Source: a virus
Taxonomy: Duplodnaviria; Caudoviricetes
Reading direction: 5' to 3' (one strand)
Virus record (IMG/VR): IMGVR_UViG_3300033067_000795
Location: 1-36,868 of that record
Length of the DNA stretch: 36,868 nt
In this document: positions 9,109 through 18,681 of the stretch, one piece after another
Layout: each line of letters starts with the position of its first letter
Position numbering within the stretch: the stretch's first letter is position 1
The notes under the pieces: model-generated
What the model saw: only the letters and a program-made list of their open reading frames with translations
The model's database searches: none
What the model was told of the DNA's origin: nothing
Made by a program: the position numbers and the translations under genes

Positions 9109-9473
9109 TGCAAGTGGCCCAGGCTGTCGCCAAATCGCATGGCGCCAATCAGGCGCCAGCGCTTGATGGTCAAAATGCCTGGGCTGCTGCGCTGTCTAGT
9201 CTGGGTGTGTTGGATCAGCCTGACACCACCGAAACGGTCTATCTCTGGCCAGACAATGTGCAGGCGTGGAACTGTTGGCAGGGCGTGCAAACACAATGGC
9301 GCACTGGCATGTCTGGCCCGACCGGCCTGGATTACGCCGGTGTGCGTGCATTTCTCGGAATGCAGGGCCTGGAGACTGATGAGCAGCGCGAGGCATTCGC
9401 CGGGATTCAGGCGTGCGAGCGTGTGACATTGGATGTATGGGCCGAGCAGCGCAACCGGACCGGCGATAACTGA
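9108..9473 (+). CDS. gpT-like (DUF1799-type) C-terminal part of the G-T frameshift fusion
   Basis: LWPDN..AW, TQWRTGMSGPTGLDYAGV motif. Confidence 0.85.
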   Translation: MQVAQAVAKSHGANQAPALDGQNAWAAALSSLGVLDQPDTTETVYLWPDNVQAWNCWQGVQTQWRTGMSGPTGLDYAGVRAFLGMQGLETDEQREAFAGIQACERVTLDVWAEQRNRTGDN

Positions 9474-9485
9474 GGACGAGACGAT

Positions 9486-12400
9486 ATGAGCAGTGGAACG
9501 CAGGTCGGCATCACCCTGACACTGAACGGCGCGCAGCAGGTGGCGGCCGGAATGCAGCACGTGAACCAGGCTGTTCAGCAGGTCGGGGTGTCTGCTGCTC
9601 AAACGGCTGCTGCCATGCGCAACGTGCCGGCACAGTTCACGGACATCATCACCAGTTTGCAGGGCGGCATGGACCCGCTTACCGTGCTGGTGCAGCAGGG
9701 CGGGCAGCTGCGCGACATGTTCGGCGGCGTTGGTGCCGCGGCGCGGGCGCTGGGCGGTTACGTCGTCGGCCTCATCAATCCGTTTACGGTCTTGGCTGCA
9801 ACAGCCGGCGCCGTGGCTGTCGCCTATTACCAGGGAAGCGCGGAGGCGGATGCGTTCCGTCGCGCGCTCATCACGACCGGAAACGCAGCGGGCACATCGG
9901 CTGATCAGATGGCCGCGATGGCGCAATCCATGCGCGATACCGGCATGACGACCGGCAAGGCCGCCGAGATCATGACGGCATTTGCTGCCACGGGGCAGGT
10001 GGCGTCTTACCAGATGAAGCAGTTCGCGACCGTTGCTGCTGACATGGAAAAATATGTCGGCCAGTCGCTGGAGACGACAGTCAAAAATTTTTCCGAGCTG
10101 GGAAAGAAGCCAGCCGAAGCGGCAAAAAAGCTCACCGAGGAGCAGCACTATCTGAGCGCCGCCATCTACGAACAGATTAGAGCTCTAGAGAAGGAAGGCG
10201 AGACGCTGCAAGCTGGCCAACTGGCGCAATCCAGCTATGCCGAAGCCATGAAAAAACGCGCCGATGAGGTGAAAAAAAGCCTTGGCACTCTTGAGAGCGC
10301 ATGGGGGTCCGTGGGCTCATGGGCAAAAAAGGCCTGGGATGCAATGCTCGACATTGGACGGCCTGACTCGCTTGAAGAAAAGCTTGCCAAAACCCGCGAG
10401 CGCATCAGCAAAATGCAAAAGCCTGGCGCTGGTTTTGGCATTGATGCCAAAGACATTGCCGCCGCACAGCTGGAAGCCGATACGCTGCAGGAGGCTATCC
10501 TGCGCCGCAATCGCTCATCATCTCGTCAACGAATGGATCAACGTGATCAGGATGCAGCGATTCAGGCAATTGATGATGTCACAAGGATTCAGGAAAAAGG
10601 CCTCAGCAAGCAGCAGCAGCTGAATAAAGCGCTCAGTGACTATCGTGACGGTCTGGATTCTATACGGGCATCAAATCCAAATTCTGCACTGCTTGATCCG
10701 TCAAAAATAGCGGCTGGCGAGACGGCAATTCGTGAACAGTACAAGGAAACCGCCGGCGCAGTAGAAAACCAGATCACGTCCATCAAGGCCCGCATCATTG
10801 CCGAGCGCATGAATCTGGACATCCTGAAAGAGCGCGGCACGGCGGCTCAGGATCTCAACGAAGGTGAGAAAATCTCCATCCAGATTCAGCAGGAACTGAA
10901 AGGCAAGCTCGATGCCAGGACGCGCGCACAGAAAGAGGCCGCGCTTGCGCAGGCCAACATCCTGGCTGGCGTGCTTCAGGAGCAGGACGCGACCCGGGCG
11001 TTGGCAAAATGGAACGACGAACTGTCCAAGCGGCGCGTCAAAGAATATGAGGAATCCGTCAAGGCCGACGAGAAAGCGCTAGAAGCCAGAAAAAAGCTCA
11101 TCGATGGCGTCCAGCAGCACGTCAGAAAGCTCAGCGACGAGGAAGAGGCCATCACTGTGGCCGCGCGGGATCACCTTAGCCTGGCTGCCGCGGTGGAGCA
11201 GGTTGGCCTGGCCCGCACCGAGGAGGCGCAAGATAAAGCGCTGGCGGCCGGCGCCGACGCCGCCACCCTGCTGGCCCTGCAGGATGAAATCGAGGCTCGC
11301 AAGCTACTGGTGTATCTGCTTAACAGCAAGGACGCGCGCGACGCATCTCGCAAGGCCGCCGAGGATGCCGCCACGGAGTGGAAACGGGCCAGCGAAAAAA
11401 TCGGCGACAGCATCACCGACGCACTGATGCGCGGTTTTGAATCCGGCAAGGATTTCGGAAAGTCGTTGATCGATACACTGAAAAACATGTTCAAGACGCT
11501 GGTCTTGAGACCGGTGATTCAGGCTGTTATCAATCCGATTTCTGGCACGCTGGCCGGCACAATGGGCGTCACCCAGGCCGCCCAAGCTGGCCCGGCCGGC
11601 GCTGGCGGCGATGTGCTGTCCCTCGCCGGGGCCGCTCAGAGTGCCTATTCCGCCCTAAGCAACGGCATCAGTTCGTCGATTGAGGCTGGGTTCACGCGGC
11701 TCATGTCCAGCAGTTTTGGCGAGAGCCTGGGCCTGGCGCAGCCAGTGGGCTACACGACCGGATCTGGCGTGCAATATGGCCTGAGCGAGACCGGGGCATC
11801 CGTCGGCTCAGCGCTGGGTATGGCCGGCAATGCGTTTGCCGGATACGCCATCAGTCAGGGGCTGTCGGGCGGCTACCAGGTTGGCAGCGGAAAAATCGTG
11901 GACGCCATCACGCCGGCGGCCAGCGCCTACTTCGGCCCGATTGCCGGCGTGGCGGCTGCAGCGTTCAATCGGGCGTTTGGCCGCAAGCTGGCCGACACGG
12001 GCGTGCAGGGGACATTCGGTGGTGCTGAGGGTTTTGCCGGGCAGAACTACCAGTTCTATGAAGGCGGCTGGTTCAGCTCAGACAAAACCAAAACCAGCGA
12101 ACTGGCGCCCGAGCTGCAGTCCGGGCTGGCGACGCAGTTCAAGACATTGCAGGTGTCCATGGGTCTGATGGCGGACACGCTGGGCCTATCCACCGATGCA
12201 GTGCGCGATTTCACTGCCGACGTCAAAATCAGCTTCAAGGGTCTGACCGAAGAGCAGGTTCAGACCAGGCTGCAGGAGGAGTTTGCCAAGATCGGCAACA
12301 GCATGGCCAGCGCCGCGCTGGCGACCACGGAATACACGCGCACTGGCGAGACATCGACGCAGACGCTGCAGCGCCTGTCCGGCTCTCTGACCACCGTCAA

Positions 12401-14228
12401 TGGGGCATTCGACGTGTTGGGCCTGACGTTGTACGAGGCCAGCGTGCGCGGCGGCGACATGGCCAGCCAGCTGATCGACCTGATAGGCGGCATGGAGAAA
12501 TTCCAGGCCTCGACCGCCAGCTACTACCAGGACTACTACACCGAGGCCGAGCGCAACGCTGTCGCCACGCGGCAGATGACCGAATCGCTGTCGATGCTGA
12601 TCCCGGCTCTGCCCGCCACGCGAGAGGGGTTCAGGGCACTGGTCGAGGCGCAGGACTTGGCCACCGAATCGGGTCGTGCAGCCTACGCGGCGCTGATGAA
12701 TCTGGCGCCGGCATTCTCCGAGATCGTCCGGTACAGCGAGGCGGCAGCAGATGCCGCTACGCAGGCTCTGGCCGATAGCCTGCAGTCCTCGATGGGGGCA
12801 TTCCAGTCGCTTGCTAGCCGCGCGGCCGGCTATGGCAACACCAGCGGGCTGGAATCCTACCTGCAGCGGCTGCGGGGCGCATTCGATGCGGCCGGCAGTC
12901 TGAGCGACCGGGTGGCCATCCTGGACTCTATCGCCAGCACCGAGAGCGCTATTGCCGCGGCTCGCCAGGCCGGGCGGCAGGCCGAGATCGACACGCTCAA
13001 CGCGCGCAAGTCGGCGTTGCAGGAGCAGCTGTCCACCGCCAATGGTGTGCTGAGCGCCGCCCAGGGTCTGCGCCGCTATGTCGCCGATCTGCGGGTCAGT
13101 GCGGCATCCCCGGCGTCGGATGCCGAGCGCATGCAGACGCTGGCTGCGCGCTACCGCATGCAGACCACGCTGGCCGCTGCGGGTGATACCGCCTCGCTGT
13201 CATCCGTGCAGGGAACGGCGTCTGCGTATCTGGAGTCGGTGCGCGCACAGGCCGCGACGTCCGGTGAGTACGCGGTTATCTTTGCCAAAGTGGCCGGCGA
13301 ACTGGACGCTCTGGGCGCAACGACCGAGGATGCGGCGACGCGGCAGATCAGGCTGCTGCAGGGTCAGCTCGACGGCATCGATCGCCAGGTCGAAGCACTG
13401 CAATCGATCCAGGAGACCAGCGAACTCACGCGAGCAATGACCGAATCGCTGTTGCAACAGGCTGCCGACCAGCTGCAGCACGACCTGGAGGCGGCCGCGT
13501 TGCAGCTGACGGCCACTGATAACGTGGCGGCCGCCATCGCCAAGCTGTCGCCCGAGCTGGCCGCCATTCTGTCGTCTGCCATCAGCTCGCTGGCGGCTGG
13601 CATGCGGCCCGGCGCTGGCGGCTCTGGTGGTGGCACTGGCGGTTCTGGCGGATCGGGCGGCTCCTTGTCAGGCGGCGGCTCTGGCGGATCGGGCGGCTCC
13701 TTGTCAGGCGGCGGCTCTGGCGGCATGTCTGTCGGCCTGTCCTACGCTACTGGGCCCGGCGGTATCGGCGCAGACCAGTATTACGCCAATATCCAGGCGT
13801 ACACGTCGCAGCATGATTTTTCCAACCCGTCTGAGGTGGTGGCACTGGCGTCCGAGGCGGCGCAGTGGGGCATCTCGATGCAGGATCTGGTCACGGCCAC
13901 CGGGTCCAGCTACCAGGAGGTCAGAGACCTGTTTGCCGGCATCGGCCTGCCCGAGTTTGCCGTCGGCACCAACCGGGTGCCGCGCGACATGATTGCCATG
14001 ATCCATGAAGGCGAGGCCATCGTCCCCAAACCCTACAACCCGGCGGCATCCGCCGGGGGATTTGGGTCAGCGCCCAACACCGAGCGACTGGAGCGCCTGG
14101 TAGAGAGCCTGACAGCCGAGGTGCAGCGTCTGCAGGCCGTGGTGAGCGAGGGCAATTACCAGGCGCGCCGCGCCGCCGATGCCGTCAACGGCCGGCCCGA
14201 GCAGCCGATGCCTGTGGAGACCATATGA
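9486..14228 (+). CDS. Tail tape measure protein (lambda-type N-terminus), 1580 aa
   Basis: VPAQFTDIITSLQGGM.PLTVL.QQGGQL.DMFGG; Ala-rich helical body; FAVGTNRVP.DM.A.IHEGEAIVP C-terminal motif. Confidence 0.95.
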   Translation: MSSGTQVGITLTLNGAQQVAAGMQHVNQAVQQVGVSAAQTAAAMRNVPAQFTDIITSLQGGMDPLTVLVQQGGQLRDMFGGVGAAARALGGYVVGLINPFTVLAATAGAVAVAYYQGSAEADAFRRALITTGNAAGTSADQMAAMAQSMRDTGMTTGKAAEIMTAFAATGQVASYQMKQFATVAADMEKYVGQSLETTVKNFSELGKKPAEAAKKLTEEQHYLSAAIYEQIRALEKEGETLQAGQLAQSSYAEAMKKRADEVKKSLGTLESAWGSVGSWAKKAWDAMLDIGRPDSLEEKLAKTRERISKMQKPGAGFGIDAKDIAAAQLEADTLQEAILRRNRSSSRQRMDQRDQDAAIQAIDDVTRIQEKGLSKQQQLNKALSDYRDGLDSIRASNPNSALLDPSKIAAGETAIREQYKETAGAVENQITSIKARIIAERMNLDILKERGTAAQDLNEGEKISIQIQQELKGKLDARTRAQKEAALAQANILAGVLQEQDATRALAKWNDELSKRRVKEYEESVKADEKALEARKKLIDGVQQHVRKLSDEEEAITVAARDHLSLAAAVEQVGLARTEEAQDKALAAGADAATLLALQDEIEARKLLVYLLNSKDARDASRKAAEDAATEWKRASEKIGDSITDALMRGFESGKDFGKSLIDTLKNMFKTLVLRPVIQAVINPISGTLAGTMGVTQAAQAGPAGAGGDVLSLAGAAQSAYSALSNGISSSIEAGFTRLMSSSFGESLGLAQPVGYTTGSGVQYGLSETGASVGSALGMAGNAFAGYAISQGLSGGYQVGSGKIVDAITPAASAYFGPIAGVAAAAFNRAFGRKLADTGVQGTFGGAEGFAGQNYQFYEGGWFSSDKTKTSELAPELQSGLATQFKTLQVSMGLMADTLGLSTDAVRDFTADVKISFKGLTEEQVQTRLQEEFAKIGNSMASAALATTEYTRTGETSTQTLQRLSGSLTTVNGAFDVLGLTLYEASVRGGDMASQLIDLIGGMEKFQASTASYYQDYYTEAERNAVATRQMTESLSMLIPALPATREGFRALVEAQDLATESGRAAYAALMNLAPAFSEIVRYSEAAADAATQALADSLQSSMGAFQSLASRAAGYGNTSGLESYLQRLRGAFDAAGSLSDRVAILDSIASTESAIAAARQAGRQAEIDTLNARKSALQEQLSTANGVLSAAQGLRRYVADLRVSAASPASDAERMQTLAARYRMQTTLAAAGDTASLSSVQGTASAYLESVRAQAATSGEYAVIFAKVAGELDALGATTEDAATRQIRLLQGQLDGIDRQVEALQSIQETSELTRAMTESLLQQAADQLQHDLEAAALQLTATDNVAAAIAKLSPELAAILSSAISSLAAGMRPGAGGSGGGTGGSGGSGGSLSGGGSGGSGGSLSGGGSGGMSVGLSYATGPGGIGADQYYANIQAYTSQHDFSNPSEVVALASEAAQWGISMQDLVTATGSSYQEVRDLFAGIGLPEFAVGTNRVPRDMIAMIHEGEAIVPKPYNPAASAGGFGSAPNTERLERLVESLTAEVQRLQAVVSEGNYQARRAADAVNGRPEQPMPVETI
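13638..13723 (+). repeat. 36-bp tandem repeat (about 2.3 copies) encoding a Gly/Ser linker in the tape measure protein
   Basis: Unit TCTGGCGGATCGGGCGGCTCCTTGTCAGGCGGCGGC repeated; GSGGSGGSLSGG. Confidence 0.8.
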
Positions 14229-15148
14229 AATTCATCTCGCCGTTGTCCATCACGGACACGATGATTGCATCTGGCACCACCGTGCCAGAACCGGCGGCCA
14301 CGGAGACCGCCTGGACCTCAGGCGGCACCTATGCCATCGGCGACAAGCGCATTCTGGCCTCGACCCACCGGGTCTATCTGTGCATCCAGGCCAGTACGGG
14401 GCGCACGCAGACGCCTGATGTCGATGTCGAATACTGGCGGGACGACGGCCCGACACAGCGATGGGCGCCGTTTGACATCTACACCAGCACACCAGCCACG
14501 GGCACGACCAGCGTCACCTACGTGCTGCGGCCCGGATATGTCAATGCGCTGGCCCTGTACGGCCTGGTCGGCACCCACCTGACCGTGACACTGAAAGACG
14601 CGCCGGGCGGAACTGTCATCTACAGCTACGACGGATCGCTATTCGAGTACCAGCCCAGCTGGTATGAGTACCTGTTTGTGGCGCCGCGCGCCATCACGCA
14701 GTTCAGCGCCACCAATCTCCCCATTCGTCCCGATGTGGAGTTGACCATCAGTGTGAGTGCAGCCAGCGGGCAGCCGGTGGCCATTGGCATGATCACGCTG
14801 GGCGATTTGATCGACCTGGTCGGCATCGATGGAGATGGCGGCACGGAGTACGGCGCATCCGCAGAACCTGTGAGCTACAGCTACATCAAAACCGACGATT
14901 TCGGTACCACCACCATCGTGCGCCGCCATAAAGCCACCGGCCTGACTGCATCCGTCGCCCTGCCTCAGCAGGCAGCAGATGAAGCGCTGCGACAGATCCA
15001 GCAGGTCCTGGATGTGCCTGCGGCCTGGATTGCGACCTCCTCTCCGGGCTATCAGGGATTGAACGTTTTTGGGCTCGCAACGGCCCGTCTGGTTTACGAG
15101 ACGGCCGCCACAGCCAAGTTGCAGCTGACCGTGAAAGGATTGATTTGA
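14225..15148 (+). CDS. Tail tip/distal structural protein
   Basis: ATGA overlap with tape measure gene; W.SG.TY..GD, GPTQRWAPFD, SY..TDDFG.TTIVRR motifs typical of post-TMP genes. Confidence 0.7.
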   Translation: MKFISPLSITDTMIASGTTVPEPAATETAWTSGGTYAIGDKRILASTHRVYLCIQASTGRTQTPDVDVEYWRDDGPTQRWAPFDIYTSTPATGTTSVTYVLRPGYVNALALYGLVGTHLTVTLKDAPGGTVIYSYDGSLFEYQPSWYEYLFVAPRAITQFSATNLPIRPDVELTISVSAASGQPVAIGMITLGDLIDLVGIDGDGGTEYGASAEPVSYSYIKTDDFGTTTIVRRHKATGLTASVALPQQAADEALRQIQQVLDVPAAWIATSSPGYQGLNVFGLATARLVYETAATAKLQLTVKGLI

Positions 15149-16755
15149 TGGCTATTGTCACACCTCCCACCATTGATGCGCTGCCTACGCCGCCGGACCC
15201 CAATGACCGCAGCACGTTCAATGCGCGCGCCTACCCATGGAGTGCGGCGCAGCAGGTGTTTGGCACGCAGATGTCGGCAGCAGCCAGCAACGTACACGGC
15301 AACGCCCTCGAGGCCCAGGCCAGCGCCATTGATGCGCAGGCAAGTGCGGAGAGCGCTCGTGTCAGCGTACTGGATGCACAGGCCATTGTGCAGGTAGCTA
15401 CGGCCATCGTCGATGCTGAGAAATGGGTCAGCGGCTCAACGTACAGCGAGGGCGCCGTCGTCTGGTCTCCGGTGAACTATTTGTCATACCGCAGAAAAAC
15501 CGCAGGAGGCGGCACCATAGACCCCAGTTCTGATGGCGCAAACTGGGCGTTCATCTCCGCATCCGTCATGGTTGCCCCCGCACTCAGCGGCAACACCCTG
15601 GCCATCGTCGGCCAGAGCTACGTGCTGTCCATGTCTGCCACGCCAGGCATTGCCGGCACCAGCATCGCCTCGTTTGACGTCGGCCTGCCTGATGGCACCG
15701 TGCAAACGGTCGTTGCCACGTCCAATGCTGGCAGCTACACCTGGTCGGTGACGGGCACTGTCGGGCAGCAAAAAACATTCTCCGTTGTCGCCGCGGACAG
15801 TCTGGGCAACAAATCCGCAACGGCACAGAAAACCGTCACGCTGGCTAACGTGTACGTGAATGCCCCCAGCATCACCAGTCCGGCCAGTGGCGCCGTCAAC
15901 ATCGGATCGGGACCGGCCCTGGCCACCAGCTCGTTTGCCGTCACTGGCGGCACCGATACTCACGCTGCCACTGACTGGGAGATTCGCACGGGAGCCAACG
16001 GCGCCGGCACCCTGATCTGGTCATCGGCCAACGACTCGACCAACAAAACTGGCGTAACGGTACCGACGGGCACGCTGTCGGTCTCGACTACGTACTACGT
16101 GCGCGCCCGCCACCGTGGCGCCACCTATGGCTATGGCGCCTGGGGAGAGTCATATTTCACCACTGCCAGCAGTTTTGTCCCGACTGTGGCCGGAACCGCT
16201 TACGCGGGCGGATTCTATGCCGGCCGGATTGTCATTGGCGACAGCACCTATGCCCTGGTCGTGGCCCCGAAATCGTCCGGCCACAGCACATCGAAACAGT
16301 GGAAAACCACACCCGACACAACCAGTGGCACGTCCTCGCTCAACGACGGACTTGCCAACAGCAATGCCATGAACAACAGCAGCCACCCGGCGGCGCAATT
16401 CTGCCGCGCGCTGACAATTGGCGGCTACAGCGACTGGTATCTGCCGGCAAAAAACGAGCTGGAAATCTGCTACCGGAACCTGAAGCCGACGACGGACGCA
16501 AACAACACATCGTCGGGCGCCAATACCAATTCATCTCCGGCCGGCTCGGCCTACACGTCCGGCAGCCCGGCTCAGACCTCGAATACGGCATTCAAAACCG
16601 GAGGTGCTGAGGCGTTTGATTCTGCGTATTACTGGGCCAGCACCGAGTCCAGTTCCGCGTACGCCTGGAACCAGGACTTCACGAATGGCAACCAGCCCGG
16701 CTACAACAAGAGCGCCAGTTTCTGTGTTCGGGCGGTCCGCAAAGTCCTGATTTAA
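15148..16755 (+). CDS. Tail fibre/receptor-binding protein with Ig/FN3-like segments and C-terminal DUF1566 (Lcl-type C-type lectin fold)
   Basis: GGFYAG, GGYSDWYLPAKNEL, YYWASTE..AW.Q.F.NG.Q....K.....VRAVRK. Confidence 0.85.
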   Translation: MAIVTPPTIDALPTPPDPNDRSTFNARAYPWSAAQQVFGTQMSAAASNVHGNALEAQASAIDAQASAESARVSVLDAQAIVQVATAIVDAEKWVSGSTYSEGAVVWSPVNYLSYRRKTAGGGTIDPSSDGANWAFISASVMVAPALSGNTLAIVGQSYVLSMSATPGIAGTSIASFDVGLPDGTVQTVVATSNAGSYTWSVTGTVGQQKTFSVVAADSLGNKSATAQKTVTLANVYVNAPSITSPASGAVNIGSGPALATSSFAVTGGTDTHAATDWEIRTGANGAGTLIWSSANDSTNKTGVTVPTGTLSVSTTYYVRARHRGATYGYGAWGESYFTTASSFVPTVAGTAYAGGFYAGRIVIGDSTYALVVAPKSSGHSTSKQWKTTPDTTSGTSSLNDGLANSNAMNNSSHPAAQFCRALTIGGYSDWYLPAKNELEICYRNLKPTTDANNTSSGANTNSSPAGSAYTSGSPAQTSNTAFKTGGAEAFDSAYYWASTESSSAYAWNQDFTNGNQPGYNKSASFCVRAVRKVLI

Positions 16756-16769
16756 CCATTTACCTATTT

Positions 16770-16790
16770 CTCGGCCGCTGTGCGGCCGGG
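16770..16790 (+). other. GC hairpin just downstream of the VR-like region (DGR-type cruciform candidate)
   Basis: CGGCCGC-tgt-GCGGCCG (16772-16788) after an AT-rich spacer following the stop codon. Confidence 0.5.
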
Positions 16791-16893
16791 TAGTTGCAAA
16801 TGCGGCTTTCCAAGGGCTTGCGCCTGATTTCTGCCAGGCCGCATTGCGCCGCGGCCTCTCTGTTGATTCCAACCTGACTAGAAGTTTCAAACC

Positions 16894-17364
16894 ATGCTAA
16901 TCCAGTACACCTACGTCGATGCCAACACTCGCCGCCCACTGACCGAGGAGCCGGCTGCGGCCGGCCCGGTGGTGCCAGATGTGCCGGGCCTGGCATTCGA
17001 TTTTGCCAACGAGTCGGAGTGGCCGTGCCTGGTGCCGATTTTTTACGGCCAGTGCGATGATGGTGCTGACCCCATCACGCCTGGAGTCCTGGATGTGCTG
17101 ACGCGGGAGATTTACGAGGCGGCCAGATCAGCGGAAATGGCGCGCCGCATCGAGCGAAAAAAATCGGAAGTGCGCGGATTCCGTGGGGAGCTCCTGGTGC
17201 GGTCCGACTGGACGCAGCTCGTTGATGCGCCGCTGAACGAGGATCAAAAAACCGAATGGCGCACCTATCGCCAGGCGCTGCGCGACGTGACGGGCCAGGC
17301 CGGATTCCCCGAGTCCGTCGTCTGGCCCGCTGCGCCCGGCATGACGCAGCCCACTCTGGCGTGA
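16894..17364 (+). CDS. Tail fibre assembly chaperone
   Basis: R..LL..SDWTQL.DAPL......W..YRQALRDVT.Q.GFP..V.WP motif. Confidence 0.85.
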   Translation: MLIQYTYVDANTRRPLTEEPAAAGPVVPDVPGLAFDFANESEWPCLVPIFYGQCDDGADPITPGVLDVLTREIYEAARSAEMARRIERKKSEVRGFRGELLVRSDWTQLVDAPLNEDQKTEWRTYRQALRDVTGQAGFPESVVWPAAPGMTQPTLA

Positions 17365-17392
17365 GCCGTGCAACCCCACCACCAGGATCATC

Positions 17393-17764
17393 ATGAGCGA
17401 ATGCAATGATTCCTCCGCATGGGCGGAGTTCACCAAACAGCTGGGCGCCCTGCACGCCGATGTGGGCGACATTAAGGCCGGCATGTCCGAATTCCGGGAT
17501 GGCATGAAAGAGCTGAGCGCCGCCATCCTGAAACTCGCCCTGGTCGAGGAACGCCAAGCGCAGGCCATGCAGGCAATGGAGCGAATTTTCAAGGCTCTCG
17601 AAAAAGTCGAACAGCGGATCGAGCAGCACAACGAGCGCTTGATGGAGCTGGAGAAGGCCGAGCCGTCGCAAACGCGCACCGCCGAATGGGTGGATCGGGC
17701 GGTCTGGGCGGCAGCCGCTGCGGCCTGCGCTGCGCTGGCATCCAAGATCGGGGTGATCGGGTGA
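17393..17764 (+). CDS. Coiled-coil protein with C-terminal TM segment (XhlA/holin-like lysis accessory)
   Basis: KLALVEERQ coiled coil, hydrophobic C-terminus, directly upstream of endolysin with GTGA overlap. Confidence 0.6.
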   Translation: MSECNDSSAWAEFTKQLGALHADVGDIKAGMSEFRDGMKELSAAILKLALVEERQAQAMQAMERIFKALEKVEQRIEQHNERLMELEKAEPSQTRTAEWVDRAVWAAAAAACAALASKIGVIG

Positions 17765-18225
17765 CGCGCGCCAGGATTGCCGGCCTAACGCTGAGTGCCG
17801 CCGCCCTGGTCGGCATTGCCGGCTGGGAGCGCTACCAGGGCGCCGCATACCTGCCCACGCCGCAGGACGTGCCGACGATCGGCTGGGGCGCGACCGAGGG
17901 CGTCAAGCCCGGCGACCGCACCACGCCGGATCGCGCCCTGATCCGCCTGCTGGCCGATGCCGACCGGCACCAGCGCGAGCTGCGCGCATGCCTGGGCGAC
18001 GTAGCGCTCTACCAGCACGAGTGGGACGCCTACGTGTCGTGGACCTACAACATCGGGACCGGCGCGGCCTGCTCCAGCACGCTGGCACGCAAGCTCAAGG
18101 CCGATCCGCCCGACTACGCCGGTGCCTGCCGCGAGCTGCTGCGCTGGGATCGTCAGGCTGGCCGCGTGCTGCCGGGTCTGACCCGGCGGCGTCAGGCCGA
18201 GTTCACGCAGTGCATGGGGTCATGA
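17761..18225 (+). CDS. Endolysin, GH24 lysozyme with N-terminal SAR-like segment
   Basis: RIAGLTLSAAALVGIAGWE...DVPTIGWGAT (E/D/T triad), YNIGTGA.C.STL, GLTRRR..E. Confidence 0.92.
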   Translation: MTRARIAGLTLSAAALVGIAGWERYQGAAYLPTPQDVPTIGWGATEGVKPGDRTTPDRALIRLLADADRHQRELRACLGDVALYQHEWDAYVSWTYNIGTGAACSSTLARKLKADPPDYAGACRELLRWDRQAGRVLPGLTRRRQAEFTQCMGS

Positions 18226-18426
18226 TCGCGTGAGTTTGCGGGCCAGATCAATCACGCGTCTGGCGCTCCCGGCCTGGCGGGTGACATTTGTTCTGGGGAT
18301 GCCGGTTTTGGCGGCTGCCTCAGATTGGTTGGCGCCATCAACCAGCACGAGGCGTAGCGCCTCGCGACTGGGTGATTGGCGCAGGCGCATGAGCTGCGCC
18401 AGGGCTTCAAATTGCTCAGGCGACAT
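18220..18426 (-). CDS. aca4: Aca4-like (TrfB/KorA-type HTH) anti-CRISPR-associated repressor
   Basis: MSPEQFEALAQLMRLR....ALRLVLVDG....AA.KTGI....RR.IDLA matches the Aca4/TrfB pattern as I recall it. Confidence 0.78.
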   Translation of the reverse strand: MSPEQFEALAQLMRLRQSPSREALRLVLVDGANQSEAAAKTGIPRTNVTRQAGSARRVIDLARKLTRS

Positions 18427-18607
18427 CACGCCCCTGCTGAGCAGCGAGACCCAGCGTCTTGAGCCACTCTGCCTCGGGCACTTCGCCGGTGCTCTCGTAT
18501 TCGGCTTCGACCAGGAGGTCGCGCATTGCGCGGGCCTCGTCGGCGGTGGCGCAGTCGCCCATGTGCTCGGCGAGCTGATCGAGGTTCATGTTAGGGGTGA
18601 TTTGCAT
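18416..18607 (-). CDS. acrIE3: Small acidic protein, AcrIE3-like anti-CRISPR
   Basis: 63 aa; ungapped pattern MxIT...AExMGxxA...RxMxxLL...T....E..WL as in recalled Pseudomonas AcrIE3; AGGAG RBS; directly upstream of the aca-like gene. Confidence 0.72.
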   Translation of the reverse strand: MQITPNMNLDQLAEHMGDCATADEARAMRDLLVEAEYESTGEVPEAEWLKTLGLAAQQGRDVA

Positions 18608-18652
18608 GATGTGCTCCTGGTGTGTGGACTGCACCGCGCCGTCCATGACTCT

Positions 18653-18681
18653 ATTATGTACCGTTTCAGCGGTACATGCAA
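18653..18681 (-). promoter_or_regulatory. Sigma70 promoter of the acr-aca operon with overlapping palindromic operator
   Basis: Minus strand TTGCAT-N17-CATAAT; perfect inverted repeat ATGTACCG-N6-CGGTACAT (18656-18677) spans the spacer. Confidence 0.82.

Noticed and set aside
13610-13725. Gly/Ser repeat as a regulatory DNA array
   Set aside because: In-frame 36-bp duplication in a low-complexity linker; simple slippage explains it
15148-17364. Complete diversity-generating retroelement
   Set aside because: No RT (YxDD), Avd or AAC-rich template repeat found on either strand; kept only as an orphan target
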